Of a stretch of DNA of 36,810 nucleotides, positions 1-14,645 are shown in pieces (position 1 is the first letter of the stretch; the number at the start of each line of letters is the position of its first letter). The notes beneath the pieces are model-generated. The model ran no database searches and was not told where the DNA came from. It saw only the letters and a program-made list of their open reading frames with translations. The translations under genes were made by a program, and so were the position numbers. The DNA comes from Fimicolochytrium jonesii (lineage: Eukaryota), in assembly GCF_025526975.1 (NCBI RefSeq), contig NW_026515698.1:310001-346810 (forward strand), in the 5' to 3' direction.

Positions 1-1684
1 AGCATTGAAGAAGAAGCCGCTGATTAGATATGAAAAGAGCTCTTCTCATGCGAAGAAACTGGCTGGGGAGCTTGCGGTATGCAAAGTGCTTGGACCCACT
101 GTTTTACCCAGGTCGGACATTTATGCTCACTTCTCGTGGCTTTGCAGTACCAAATGCAACAAGAGGGTCCACTCTTTGATTTTAGGAGACCAGACACAGC
201 ACCGATACTTCTCATCATGGATCGTCGCAACGACCCTGTCACGCCATTACTGTTGCAGTGGACATATCAGGCGATGGTGCACGAGCTGATTGGTATCACG
301 AACGGACGGGTGGACCTGTCATCGGTACCAGATATCAGACCGGAAATGAAGGTATACCGCTCAACTGTTTCACATCATTTTCCGCGAGAACAAGCTGATT
401 CACGGTAGCCCGCGGCCGATCAATTTAGGAAGTCGTCCTCAACCCGGATCAGGACAGCTTCTACCGCAAGAACATGTACCTCAACATGGGCGATTTAGGC
501 GGCAACATCAAATCATACGTCGACGAATATCAAACGAAGCACAAATCATCCGCCCAGGTTAACTCCATCACCGACATGAAGAAGTTTGTAGAGGATTACC
601 CAGAGTTCCGAAAACTCTCGGGAAACGTCACGAAACATGTCACGCTTGTCGGGGAGTTGAGTCGGCAGGTCGGGAGGGGTCACTTGATGGAAGTCGGAGA
701 GCTGGAGCAGAGTTTGGCTGTGAATGACAACCATACGCAGGACTTGAAGGTGGGAAACTGATTGATGGGAATGACGAGATTCCCGCGTGCACTCAGACTC
801 AGACTCCGTTTCGACACCCACCAGCAACTCAAAGCCCTCGTCGAGCGGACAGACATCCCGGATGACGCTCGGGTGCGTCTCGTCCTGCTTTACGCGCTAC
901 GCTACGAAAAGTCCCAGGCGAACGCCACACCGCAACTTCTCGACATTCTGGCACGTAGCGGAGTCAGTGACAAGAAGATCGCGGTAAGCCACTGATGTGT
1001 TCACATAAACGCATGCAATCACTCTCACGCACGTCCTCCTTGTAATCCCTCCCTCTAGCTCGTCGGCCACATGATACAATATGCCGGCTCAGACCATCGT
1101 CTCGAAGACCTCTTCTCCAACCAAAACGTTTTTTCACGGACCAAAAACGTCTTCAAAGGCTTGCAGGGCGTCGAGAACGTCTACACGCAGCACTCACCGC
1201 ATATGGTCGAGGTGTTGCAGGAGTGTATCAAGGGGAAACTGAAGGATCAGCTGTATCCGTTTGTGGAGGGGGTGTCCCGGGATAAGTAAGCGCGCATGTT
1301 CGTTGGCTGTGGAAGAGGCATCCTGGTGTTGACGGGTGTGACACTCTTGTTCAAAAGACCGCAGGACATCATCGTGTTCATGATTGGCGGCACGACGTAT
1401 TCGGAAGCATACGAAGTCAACAAGCTGAACGCTGCAAACCCTGGCGTGCGGATCGTGCTGGGCGGTACCACCGTGCATAGTTCTGGCAGGTGCGTTTTTC
1501 CCTCCATCCGCATTTCCCCTCTCATGCGCCACGCGTCACACTCATCCACTATCTTCAAAATCCCCATCTTTACAGTTTTCTCCGCGAAGTAGCCGACTCC
1601 GTCACGCGCTGGAGCGGATCCGGTAAGAGTCACGCGCCGGCGTCGTCGCCACCGCAGGACCGGCTGCGCAGTGCCCGGATATGA
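1..1684 (+). CDS. VPS45: Vacuolar protein sorting 45 (Sec1/Munc18 family), 5'-truncated by the window edge
   Basis: Exons <1-76, 148-351, 429-749, 825-983, 1059-1285, 1358-1489 and 1576-1684 are joined by GT-AG introns. Peptides LLIMDRRNDPVTPLLLQWTYQAMVHEL, YPEFRKLSGNVTKHVTLVGELS, GVENVYTQHSP and RPQDIIVFMIGGTTYSEA are typical of Vps45. Confidence 0.95.
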
Positions 1685-2605
1685 GGTTAGACAGAGAGAG
1701 AGAGAGGAGACCCCTGTACCCCGCAGCCACAACCGTTTTGGTGTTCCTTTTTTTGGGGGGGATTTTGGGTTGGTTCGGCTGCGGGAGGTTGGGGGTTGTC
1801 AGTCTGAGGTTAGGATCAGCCTTGTTTCTGTTGTTCGTTCTAAGCGCTTTGCCGGGCCTGGTGGCGACGATGACCATGGGAAGGGTCTCTGGCTCAAAAA
1901 GGCGAATTGGAGAACGCAAAAGTGGGCGGGCGAGGACGGGCGGTGAAAGAGCCGCAGAACGCGCTTCGGGGTCAGGCCACTGTGCCGCTCACTCCCATTT
2001 TCCACATTTGCTTCCTTTTCATACAGGTGATTCGCGATACTAGAGGGCATGTCATATCATTATAGCATACCTTTTTGCGTTGATTGGAGTCTCAAATGAG
2101 TTGCCACATCTTAAAGGTGCTCGGACAAAATACTGGGAAGATCTTATGGTACATGAAACCAAAGAACGTATAATTACTATCTTATACGTATTTTGTCACA
2201 AAGAAGCCAGCGGAATTATTTACATATCAAATTTACACACTCCATGAGCCTACAGACGAGAACGAACCAGCACCTCCTTCATCCCCCGAAGGTGCAGCAG
2301 TTGTTGTGAAAAGAGCGCCTGATGCGGGACAGGAGAACATTACGGAAGTGAAGGCTATGAACGAAAAAAGAAGGGCGGGACATAAGAATGCGAGGCGGTG
2401 GTGTTGCGAGGTGTTGTACACTATTGACTACACGGTCTAAGCAAGGCCCGGAGGCGGGGAGTGGAATGGAGTGTCCAGGAAGTCTTTTTACGGCGGGTTT
2501 TGTGCGCTGGGATTTGATGTGTGCGGGGTGTTGCGGGTTGTTGCGGTTGTTGCGGGTTTCAGCGAATTGAGATGCAGTTGGGCAACGAAGCGGACTGGAA
2601 TGTGT

Positions 2606-4898
<2,293 letters not shown>

Positions 4899-6695
4899 GC
4901 TTGGATGATGTTCTTTCGACAACGGACAGGAGGCCCCCAAAATCCTTACGCAAGGTTGGTGGTTTCAGGCCTGAGTAGCCTGTATCTTTGGTCCGTCAAA
5001 GGCCTCGATACAGTCCGTTTTGCTAGGTGAGTACCAGGGTGAGTACAATGCTGACAGACTGGCGACGCCATGCAAGGGCAGCACGAGGGTTGTCCAGGTG
5101 TAACAAAAGGAGCGCGGGTATTTCGAATGAGAAGCTCCGTGAACTGATGAATCTACTGGCCTGTCGTGGGAAAAAGTGGTGCCTGCCGAATGGGCGTGCG
5201 GGTTGACAGCGATGCGACTGACAGAGTAGGATGTACTGTATGGATATGCAGTACAGTACTTAGTACGGTAGGGTAGCGACGACGAGAGGCCGGTTGCGAG
5301 GGTTGGGCGGGGCGGGTAATAATGTGAGTTGTCGCTCTCTGGAGGATTAATGGAGGAGGAGGCTCCCTCTCTCGTCCCGTCTCAGGGCCGTCTGCGCTGC
5401 GCGCTCCTTTCCTCATCCGTACAGTAATCATCAGCGGGCGCCAATATCGATTGATGACGATGATGGTCTCCCTCATCATCATCATACCCTGTAAATTTAC
5501 ATCAGAAGGATGCCTCGCTCATCAGAAGGAAAGGAAAGAAGCGAGGGAAAACCATCAACTTAGACTATTACAGCTTAACCAAATCGGTACCCTTTCCCGG
5601 CGCACCCGCAATTAATAAACGTTCTATTTCTGTACTTTCCAAGTCTCTCGCTGATTCTAGCTGGTACATATAATTCACGTGGTACCATGTGCTCGATGTC
5701 AAAATTACAATCTCCACTCCCTATCAACAGACGCTGTCAAACAGGAAATGCGGAGACGCTCTCCGCAATGCCCATCAATCCCATCATCCAAGCTCGTCTC
5801 AACGAGCAGCACACCAGGAACTCCGAGAATGCCATAAACTTCCTGGTATTTATCGCTAATCCTTGCGCGAGACACTAACAGTTTTCGAGGTGTTGCTCAG
5901 CTCCAACGCTGAAGATAGTCTATCAAGATCGTTCACCATCCTCAGCCTACGTACAAATATACTTCTCTCAACGTAAGACCGCAATCGCCCTGCAGAGGAT
6001 TACGGATATATATCCGCTTCCATCATCCCCGAGTCCACGACCTCTGGGAGCGTTGATGAGTTGATGACCGCTGTCAAGACTTATCAGCAGCCCCTGAAAC
6101 GAAAAAACTTGCGACCGAACGAAAGTTTGTAGTGCCACCAAGTTTTGGGTTGAAGTCTGACGCGTTTGGGGGGGCAACCGGCGGATTGGGTGGCCCAGCA
6201 CCCCGGTTTAGGCATGACGGTTCCGGACGACCCCGCGATGCGGCTCAGGGTTCATCAAATCTCATTTACAGTACAACCACGATTATGATGCTGTGCGACC
6301 ATCGAACTCCCTTCCGGCCGGATCCACCCGGAATCCAGATCCGCTTTGCTGTCCGCGCTGCCGAATAACGCGTGGCCTTTATCTGTGCGATATTGGCCCA
6401 CGACAGCCACTTTGCCCCCACCCCCCCCCCCCCCCCCAGAAGGCGCGGAGAAGCCACATGGGATATTGCGACTCCGGTCGGAAGCTCCACTATACAGACG
6501 TAGGAAAAAGGTCTGATATATTTATGAGAAGACGGTCGAAGCCAAACCTATAGTAATAAGGTCCTTCGTGGTTTTGCCTCGTCGTTTTGCCTCATCCTCC
6601 AGCACCAGAAAGAAGGGAGGTCTCTAACCAATCTCTCCACATCTTGCGCCAATTTCACACCTCTGATAGGCGGAGTTACAGCGCGGTCGCCTGTC

Positions 6696-6836
6696 TTCGG
6701 CCTTCGAATTTACATTTGAAAGGGAGCTGGTCTCTCAATCAGTTCGGCCTTCGCATCTACATCTGAGAGGGAGCTGGTCTCCGAATCAGTTCGGCCTGCG
6801 AATCTACATTTGAGAGGGAGCTGGTCTCTCAATCAG
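6696..6836 (+). repeat. Three tandem 47-bp repeats upstream of the 7-TM gene
   Basis: Unit TTCGGCCTTCGAATTTACATTTGAAAGGGAGCTGGTCTCTCAATCAG starts at 6696, 6743 and 6790, with few mismatches. Confidence 0.95.
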
Positions 6837-6912
6837 TTTCTGCCAAGGGGACTCGCCTTGAGCTTTGCCAACCCCTGTCTCACCTGTCAAAACCATCCGA
6901 CCAGCAACCACA

Positions 6913-9156
6913 ATGGGCTCCACAACAAGAACACTCGGCCTTCTCCGGAACTGCACGCTCCTGCTTGTCCTTCTTTTAGGTCTCCTTGCCAGCGCCCCTG
7001 GCACTGTGTTAGCGCAGGACGTTGCCACTGCAACTCCGTCACCCACTTTCCCCGGCGCCACCGCTTCGGCAAATCCCTCAGCGTCTTCCGCCTCGTCGAC
7101 CTCGACGTCGACTCGCGGTCCCCGGCAAAATGGCTTTGCATACAATAAGGAACCGATGGCCTACACAACCTTCCAGTTTGTCGACTCGAACTTGCGCACG
7201 TCCGCAGTGCTTATTGCCCTCGGCTCCGTGTTTGGTTACTGGTTCGTCTTTGGCAAACGCACGAACTTTCCATCGCTACTGTTCCTGGGACTGCTGGTGT
7301 GCAACCTTTTCGGGACTGTTGGCAAAACGCTACCTAGATACATGAATCTGGAAATGTACGTAGATAGGCCGAACGGGAGTTCTCCGATCAGGGAGAAGAT
7401 CCAGCTTCTTCCATCTCTACTGGCCGAAAGCCTGTTATACGGGTACTGATTTTTGTTTCTTCAAAAATGTAGTGGCGATTTTCTCGCCGATATCCTTTCG
7501 ATGTACATCGGGAATGGCTTTCTTTTCACCGCTTGCCAGTCATTCAACTGGCTTCTGTATCTGGTAAGCTTGTGGATATCGCGGTCTGAATGCGCTGTTT
7601 CATCAAACTCCTGCTAACTGGTTTCGATATGTTCGTAGCGCTTCTCGATGGTGGTGCAGTTCAAACCGATGCTACGAACCTTCATCAAGGCCTGGCTTTG
7701 CTTGGAGACTCTCTTCTCGCTTGGTCTATACGCTGTCTGGTCGTGGGGTATCCTGGCCGACAGGGCGTCAGCTGCAAGCGACACCAAAATTCGCCCCCTG
7801 TGTTCCAAGACTTTTTCGTACTTCCAAATCGCCCAGGGAGTCAACGCCTTTTTTCTGAGCGCCTATTTCGTCAAGACGTACTATCTCCCAAAGATTGTGA
7901 ATCAGCGTCAATTCATGAGTCGCATGACTTTTGGTCGTCTGCTTGGCACCGGATTCTTCTACCTCCTATTCGAATCGCTCCTTCAGTGCACGTTCTTGTT
8001 CTTTTACTACATCAGCCCCACTTACTACTCGGGACTCAACATGATCGCCACTTCGGTCCGATACTGGCTCTTCCTTCTCTTCGTCTACCATTTGAAGAGC
8101 GGCACTCGGAATCTGACGGGCAACTCCAGCCAGACCTACGGTCCTAATGTGTCCGGCATCTCTGGACACGGCCGGCTCCAGTCAGCAAAGGAATCCTACG
8201 GCCCCTCTCAGCACCGAGTCCCAGTCACAGCGGCCAGGAAGATTTCCCTGGATCACCAAGGGGGATACATGCGGTCGCCAACACCGGTGAAAATGGGATT
8301 CGCTGCGGGGGTGGTGATGGGACCTCGCTACTCGATTGACAACATGCCGGTATCGCTATTGAAGAAATCTAGTTTCGTAAGCGATGCTGCATCCACTGTC
8401 ATTAGTACCACGGGTGGTGGCTACGCTGCAGCTCACAAACCTGCATACCAAGTTTCGAGGCCGAACCAGCCTCAACCTCACTACTACGGTAGGGACGAAC
8501 CAGCAACGTCCTCACCTGACGACGATCATTTTATGGACGACAACGGCATGGGATATGATGATAACTTCGTCCCCGCCGCCCCTGCAGCAGAGCCAGGCAG
8601 ACAGACACCCCTCTACAGCGCTCCTCGTCAAGCTCCAGGTGATCCCTTTCACCATCAAGAAACGAACTTGTCTTCCTACGTGTCCGCAGCAGCGCCGCAA
8701 CCCGCACCCGCTCAATATCCCGCAGCACCGCGAGCGATCATCCGCTTCGCCCAAGCTCCCAGCAAAGTCAGCCGCGTAGTCGTCAGCCAAGCACCGACAG
8801 TTCACATGTCGTCCGCCACCTACCGGGAGAGAAATAGCTGGCAGGCACCCCCAAACCCATCACCTGCATCCTCTCGCGCCCCCGTGTCGCCTTTACCACC
8901 GGCGCCCACAGGGACGGTGATTCCACCTATGAGCCCCGCGACGTCCATGCCTGGCGTATCGGGACACCCGACCTTGGACACGATCATGGAAGGCCAGACG
9001 TCGTCGCCGTCGGAAGCCTCGTTGCTGCAGTCGGTGACGGCCGGAGAGGAGGTCAGCGTTACGGGCTCGTACCGGACGAGCCCTGAGAGTGGAAGCGGTG
9101 ATAGCGTCGGATGGCCTGGTCGCTTCGTGACGAGAAGCACGGACGAGGATGAGTAG
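6913..9156 (+). CDS. Orphan 7-transmembrane (GPCR-like) protein with signal peptide, S/T-rich stalk and long Pro/Ser-rich cytoplasmic tail
   Basis: Exons 6913-7355, 7473-7563 and 7639-9156 splice in frame. The N-terminus has a hydrophobic leader (LLLVLLLGLLASA), followed by seven hydrophobic segments counted by eye and a low-complexity tail. Confidence 0.75.
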
Positions 9157-9748
9157 GCCGATTGGAGTTGGCACCCTCGTTTCGGCGTATTTCATCACAC
9201 TCTCTTCTCAACCCCACATTTCCCAACCGTGGACTCCGCCAGACAAGTTTGTTAGACTAGACTTATATGTAAACGTTCAAATCTTAAGTTGTTTTTTGCG
9301 GGTCCGCATTTGCACCTGCAGATAGATTTGAACATTCCCTAGACTTCTCCCCGTTTCTTCATTCCCTGATCTTGACACTTGCTTCTTTCCTTCTCACATT
9401 CACGGCATTGCGTAGTTAAGAGGCGCTGGCTCGCTTCTTTACTGCCACATGCCTCGGGTCAATAGTTTCCGCCCCCGGAGAGGACGTCTTCTCTTTCACT
9501 GCTGCAGTTACCGGTTTTACATAGAGCTATCTTTAGTAGTAGTATCTAGCATTTATCCATCATCAATCATACTTGAGCCCTGAAAACATTCCGTTGTGGT
9601 GAAGATGGACGGGGAGGAAAGGTAGAGCTCCCATAGGACGCCTTGGCCAGTCGTTCAGACATCACGTAGTAGGTGTAATTTATAGACAGAGACACGACGG
9701 GTTTGAAGAAGGGAATTGATGCTCTGCAAGTCCCGGGAAGGGGTAGTC

Positions 9749-12212
9749 TTATATTTCCTCTGTGTAATTTCTATTGGGTGGTAATCCTGATCAATTGGCC
9801 GAAGGCTTTGGTAGATGAAAGCAAAGACATACCCTGGAATGAACCCTTCGACCACTCCACTTGCTCGATATACCCGAGCTTTCCACCATCTGCCATCATT
9901 TTGGAAAAACATCAGAATGAGGTGCCGGATGTGCCCGGATTGATATGCGAGATGTGAGCAAAACGTACCCGTCGTCCTGCTTTTCCAGCACATCCAGCTC
10001 CTCTCCAGCTGTAACCGACAGATCCCCCGGAGCACCCTCAAAGTCATACACCATCCGAGCTTTACAAATGACATCCTCCCCAGCATCCACTCCACCCCCA
10101 CCGCCTACCCCACCCCCACCGACCGCGAGCGAACTCTCATACACATCCTCGCCCCCACTATCCTCCGCCTGGCTCTGGCCCAAATACGAGCTCATCCCAG
10201 TCGCACCCGAAAACCGCCTCGCATCCCGCCCCGCTTCTAGGGCCGCCGACGAGCTCGCGAACGAGTCCTGCGATTCCGGTCGGCCTCGATGCTCCCCGCT
10301 GACATGCTCAGGCGTGAACGGTGTCATCGGGCTATCCCGCACCGTGACTCCCGCGGGCGGGTCGGGCGCGGGCACACCGTCCACTTGTGCGATGTAGCAC
10401 TGCAGCCGATGCTTTTTGCTCTTGATCACGTCGATGTGCGCGTTCAGGCCGTTGATCTGGTCGTCCATGTCGCGGCGCACTTTGGGGTCTTGCGAGATCT
10501 CGGGTTTCGAGACGTACACGTTGATGAGTGTCTCGCACCCCTGTTTCTTTTTCTCGGTCTCGGAGAGTTCTTTATCGAGGAGTTTGATCCGCTCCACCGC
10601 CTTCTTCCGCCCGTGCTTCCCCGGCATGGCCACAATCGCGTCCTCCTTGTTGTCCTCGGCCTCCAGGTACGTCTTTGTGAACCCGCGTGCCAAAGTTTTC
10701 TTTCCGGCTGTCGCAGCGTTCGGTGTCAACGCTCGCTCTTCGAACATAAAGTCGTTGGGCGGCAGAGTGCCCGTTTTGCAGAGCTTGACGAAGGTGGCGG
10801 AGTCGTAGGTGGGTGATATCTTGTCGAAGATGCCTGTCATGGCGGAGATGGATGAGGCGATGGATGGGGTTTGAGCATTGAGGAGGTCCGCGTATCGAAG
10901 GAACGCCTTCTTCGTAAAGTCGATGCGGCTGCTTTCATCTTTCGATTGAATGTCCTATACACGTAGCGCACGTGAGACATCGGGAGAAGAGGGCTTTGCC
11001 GTTCTGTTACTTACATCCAATATTGAGGGTATCGTCTCAGTGTAGAACTTATCCTTTACTTGATTTGTTTGCTCTAACAGAAAAGGAAAGAATGAGGTCA
11101 TGTTCGGCTCCGAGGAAGGCCATTCGTCTCAACGCAGTGGCTCGATCTTACCAATGCACTGCTTATATGCCGTTGCACACTCCTGCGCAAGCATAGCCTT
11201 CTTTTCTGCATCAGTCCTCAACTATCGGAGAAGGTCATTAGATTCATGTCGGTGCTCGCAGGACAATGAATTCCGATTCCCCCACACCCCTCAACGAACC
11301 CGCTCGATGTCTTTCGCCGTTTTATTCATGTCCTGGTTCGCCACCTCGTATGCCTGCCGCGCGGCATCCATATCCTTCGTCGCCTTATCATACCGTAGTC
11401 TCGTCTTTTCGAGGTTGTCGGTTTGCTTCCGGTATTCGAGGGTCTGCTTCCGAATCTCGTCGAATTGCTACATCACAAATTGCGATGATATCCGATGAGC
11501 ACGTTTGCAATGCTTAAATAGAGCGGCAATCAGCAGGAAGCATGACGCGGTACCTGTTTGAACAGCTTGTCATTATCCTTGATCTGTGCTTTTATGCTTT
11601 TCCTCATCTCTCCGTCCAGTTGCTCTGCCAGTGATGTGTGGAATGCCGCGGTGTGTTCCGTGACGGTCAGCAACTGTAGCCAGCTCTGGGATACTGTCCT
11701 GGTGGGATAACAAAAGGGTTGACAAGCCGAGTCAGTTTCGCACTCTACGAGCTTCCCGTCTCATGAGCTATAGGCTCATTCTGTAGTACCGCCCGCGACC
11801 CGTCCAGGTCCTTTGACCATGGTAGGTCCACTCCTCACTACTCACCCACTCATGATGGCCATTCCGAACCCGCCCGCAGCCTTTTCCGGTCCCTTCTTTG
11901 TGACGGCTTCATCCTTATGCGACCGCGCCAGCTTCTGCAGCGCTTTAGCATATTCACCCTCGATTTCGGCTCGCCGCTTGAGGAACTCGTTAAACCGCTC
12001 GAGAGATTGCGTTCCCACTTTTGTGTAGCTTTCGACTGATTCCCATTGATCCTGCGCATGATGGAGATTGAGATTCAGATTTCATGACAACGAAGTGGGG
12101 CAGGGATCAAGATTTGCGATCGCAAACAGTGACAGGATATAGAATGAGCCCTCTCGGGAGGGGTGACACCACCACCTACCCAAAGGTGGCGTCCGAACGA
12201 TACATCTGACAT
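9749..12212 (-). CDS. F-BAR + HR1-like + single SH3 protein (CIP4/FBP17/Toca- or Bzz1-related)
   Basis: The spliced start MSDVSFGRHLW|DQWESV...FLKRRAEIEGEYAKALQKL is an F-BAR N-terminus. The coiled segment RIKLLDKELSETEKKKQGCETLINVY is HR1-like. The SH3 reads ARMVYDFEG..DLSVTAGEELDVLEK..WW...EGFIPGNYTEEI* (TAA at 9751-9749). Confidence 0.88.
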
Positions 12213-13740
12213 TTCCGTGGATGATTGATCACGACAAAGAGGATATCGATAGCGTGGGCGTCAAACGTGTGACGCGAGAAATGGCTGCAACCACATTTCG
12301 GCGCCTGCACAACAAACTCGCAGGTGCAGCATCCAACGCGTGAACGTTCACCGCAAACGATTTAAGCTTAACGTCGCCCTTTCACGTCGCTTCAAGCCTC
12401 TACCCATCTTGCAGCAACAAAACTTTACGACATCAAACTGGGACAGGATGGTATCTAAGCACAAGCCCCGGATGCGAATTGTATCCGTACGTCAACATGA
12501 ACATGCTCGTCAAGTGGGGTCCAGAAAGTGCTATCACGGCGGCGACTGTCATTTGGTGAAGTTTCAAAAATCGACAGCGCGTTCATAACCGATGGCCTGT
12601 GGGACATAGCGTCGGGAACGCATCTGTGTATATCAAGTATGTATATTCAAAAACGACATCTCGCTCACTTGGTTCAATTTTGGCCACCGCAGTGCGTTGG
12701 TATCACTGCAGTGAGGTGTAGTATGCATTCGAAGAGAATCACACATCCTGTGCATGATGTGAATCTTTAGGCATATAGACCAAAGGAGGGCATATGGGAC
12801 TTGTCTTGATCGAACATCATCAAACGGGTGCAGGCCTGCCTGTCGGTTGGCGGTGCAATTCGACTGAAGTACTACAGAAGAATAATCGACGATGGGATGG
12901 CCCTTATGATCGTTGCACAAGTTGCACGCCATAAGAGGAGGTATCAAACCAAACCAATCAACATCAGAGTCTCCGCGTCTCCGCCGCCTGTGGTGTAAAA
13001 GAGTTCTTCCGCTGGGCTCAGCGTGTTGCTCGTGAGATCACGTCACACATGCATTTTGTGAACTTATGTCGAAAGCCTTTCCCCAGTTTACCGGGTGAAC
13101 GGACATTCCAGGAGCATAACGCAGAGTTACCTTTCTCATCCTTTCTTTATGAGGACAGTATTGAGAGAGAGCACAAATGATTCTACGTAGGTTGAATGGC
13201 TCTCACTGAGTGGTGTTGACGATTGAGATTGCGTCAGGCCGTGAGACTGTCCGAGTGATTTAAATTGAGCAAGGTCATTGTGAGAGGGAACGCAATGACC
13301 GAGTAACCCTTGGTTGGGTTGACCGATTGGGGCCCCCCAATGATCCTGGCTGCATCTGACGAAGCGGTGCGGGAAAGCCCGACTTGTCCAGAGCGATTCC
13401 GAGTGATCCCACGTGAGGGTTCTCCGTAGGCCTAGTCAGAGCTGTCGCTGGGGACTGATCGCGATGAGAGTATTCTGCATTGCCCAGCGGCCGCTCGGCT
13501 GTGGTGAGTGATTAGTGAAGTCTCCTCCCGTGTAGGAAACCACCGCGCCGAGAGACCCCACCGAAATGCACACCGGAATTGCCGACGACCCACAGTCAGA
13601 GTTTGGACCTTGCCCAAAACGCGTCAGTCCCCGCCGTGATGACATCCATCCCAAGGACTGCCGGGCTGGAAAGAACAGATCTTCACCAATTACAAACTGC
13701 TGACAGCACATGCTAGCAAATGCAGACGTTTGTGAGCCGT

Positions 13741-13876
13741 AAGTGTCTGCGTAATCTGCAAGTGCTCTTGGATAATTGTATCTCACCATCTGTCCTTGAA
13801 ACAACCAGCCAAAGTGTCTGCGTAATCTGCAAATGCGCTCAGAGAACTGTATTCTACCGTCTGTCCTTGAAACAAC
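13741..13876. repeat. Imperfect tandem duplication, 71-bp period
   Basis: AAGTGTCTGCGTAATCTGCAA...CTGTCCTTGAAACAAC occurs at 13741 and 13812. Confidence 0.85.
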
Positions 13877-14285
13877 AGTCTGCTCTGCTTTTGTTTACAA
13901 GGTGACTCCAAAACCAGTCTTCTCATTCTTGCCCCGGAAGACAGTACATCCTTTCGCCGACCACCACCCGTCTTGACCCAGTATATCCTTTCGCAGACCA
14001 CCACCAGGTAACAACCGCGATCCCTCAGCTTCATTACCACAGCACTGACGTGAGTTTTTTTTTGACACACACGGCAATCACCGCACTGCAACACCTGTAC
14101 TGACCTCGGCTGGGCTGGAGTGGGCAACCTGACCTCGACGACATCACATATCCGGTAGGGAGTGAGCAGCGGGGAGGTGAGGAGATGAGGTACCCTGCCC
14201 AGATGGTTTCGCGCATATGGCGCATGCAACCACTGCCAGCAGCCCCTGGGTTCGCGCATATGGCGTATGCATCCGGGGGATAAAG

Positions 14286-14335
14286 GAGAAGAGACGGAGA
14301 GAGAGAGAGGAGAAGAGAGAGAGAGAGAGAGAGAG
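14286..14335. repeat. (GA)n microsatellite
   Basis: Interrupted GA run visible in the sequence. Confidence 0.9.
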
Positions 14336-14645
14336 CGGGCTATTCCATGCTAGTAGAAAGGCAATGCATGTGTAGGAATAGGAGACGAGTTCCATCATCT
14401 CTTAAGCTACGTGGAAGGGCTCTATCTCTGGGTGGAAGGCGTGGCACCACAGCGCAGAAGGCTATGAGTCTGCCCGGAAGCGCCGAAGCGCTGAATGACA
14501 GAGGAGCGCGAAAAGACTACGACGGGAAAACAGCAATTGCAAAACGAAAGAAAGCTATAAGCTACAGCTACTATACAAGCAACAATGAAGCGGCCACAGG
14601 AACTCCCTACGCCAGAGGAATACGCCGCTTAGTGGGAGAATCTGG

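Noticed and set aside
6415..6438. Poly-C tract as a functional element
   Set aside because: It is a simple homopolymer in an intergenic region with no further support.
13357..13390. Hammerhead ribozyme (CTGACGA...GAAA), which would suggest a Penelope-like element given the nearby GIY-YIG motifs
   Set aside because: The bases between the core motifs do not close stem II, no matching stem III with a UH site is evident, and there is no Penelope-type RT.
14015..14032. Fourth copy of the Crypton palindrome (CGCGATCCCTCAGCTT)
   Set aside because: Only one arm is similar and no partner arm lies 71 bp away, so it is probably chance.
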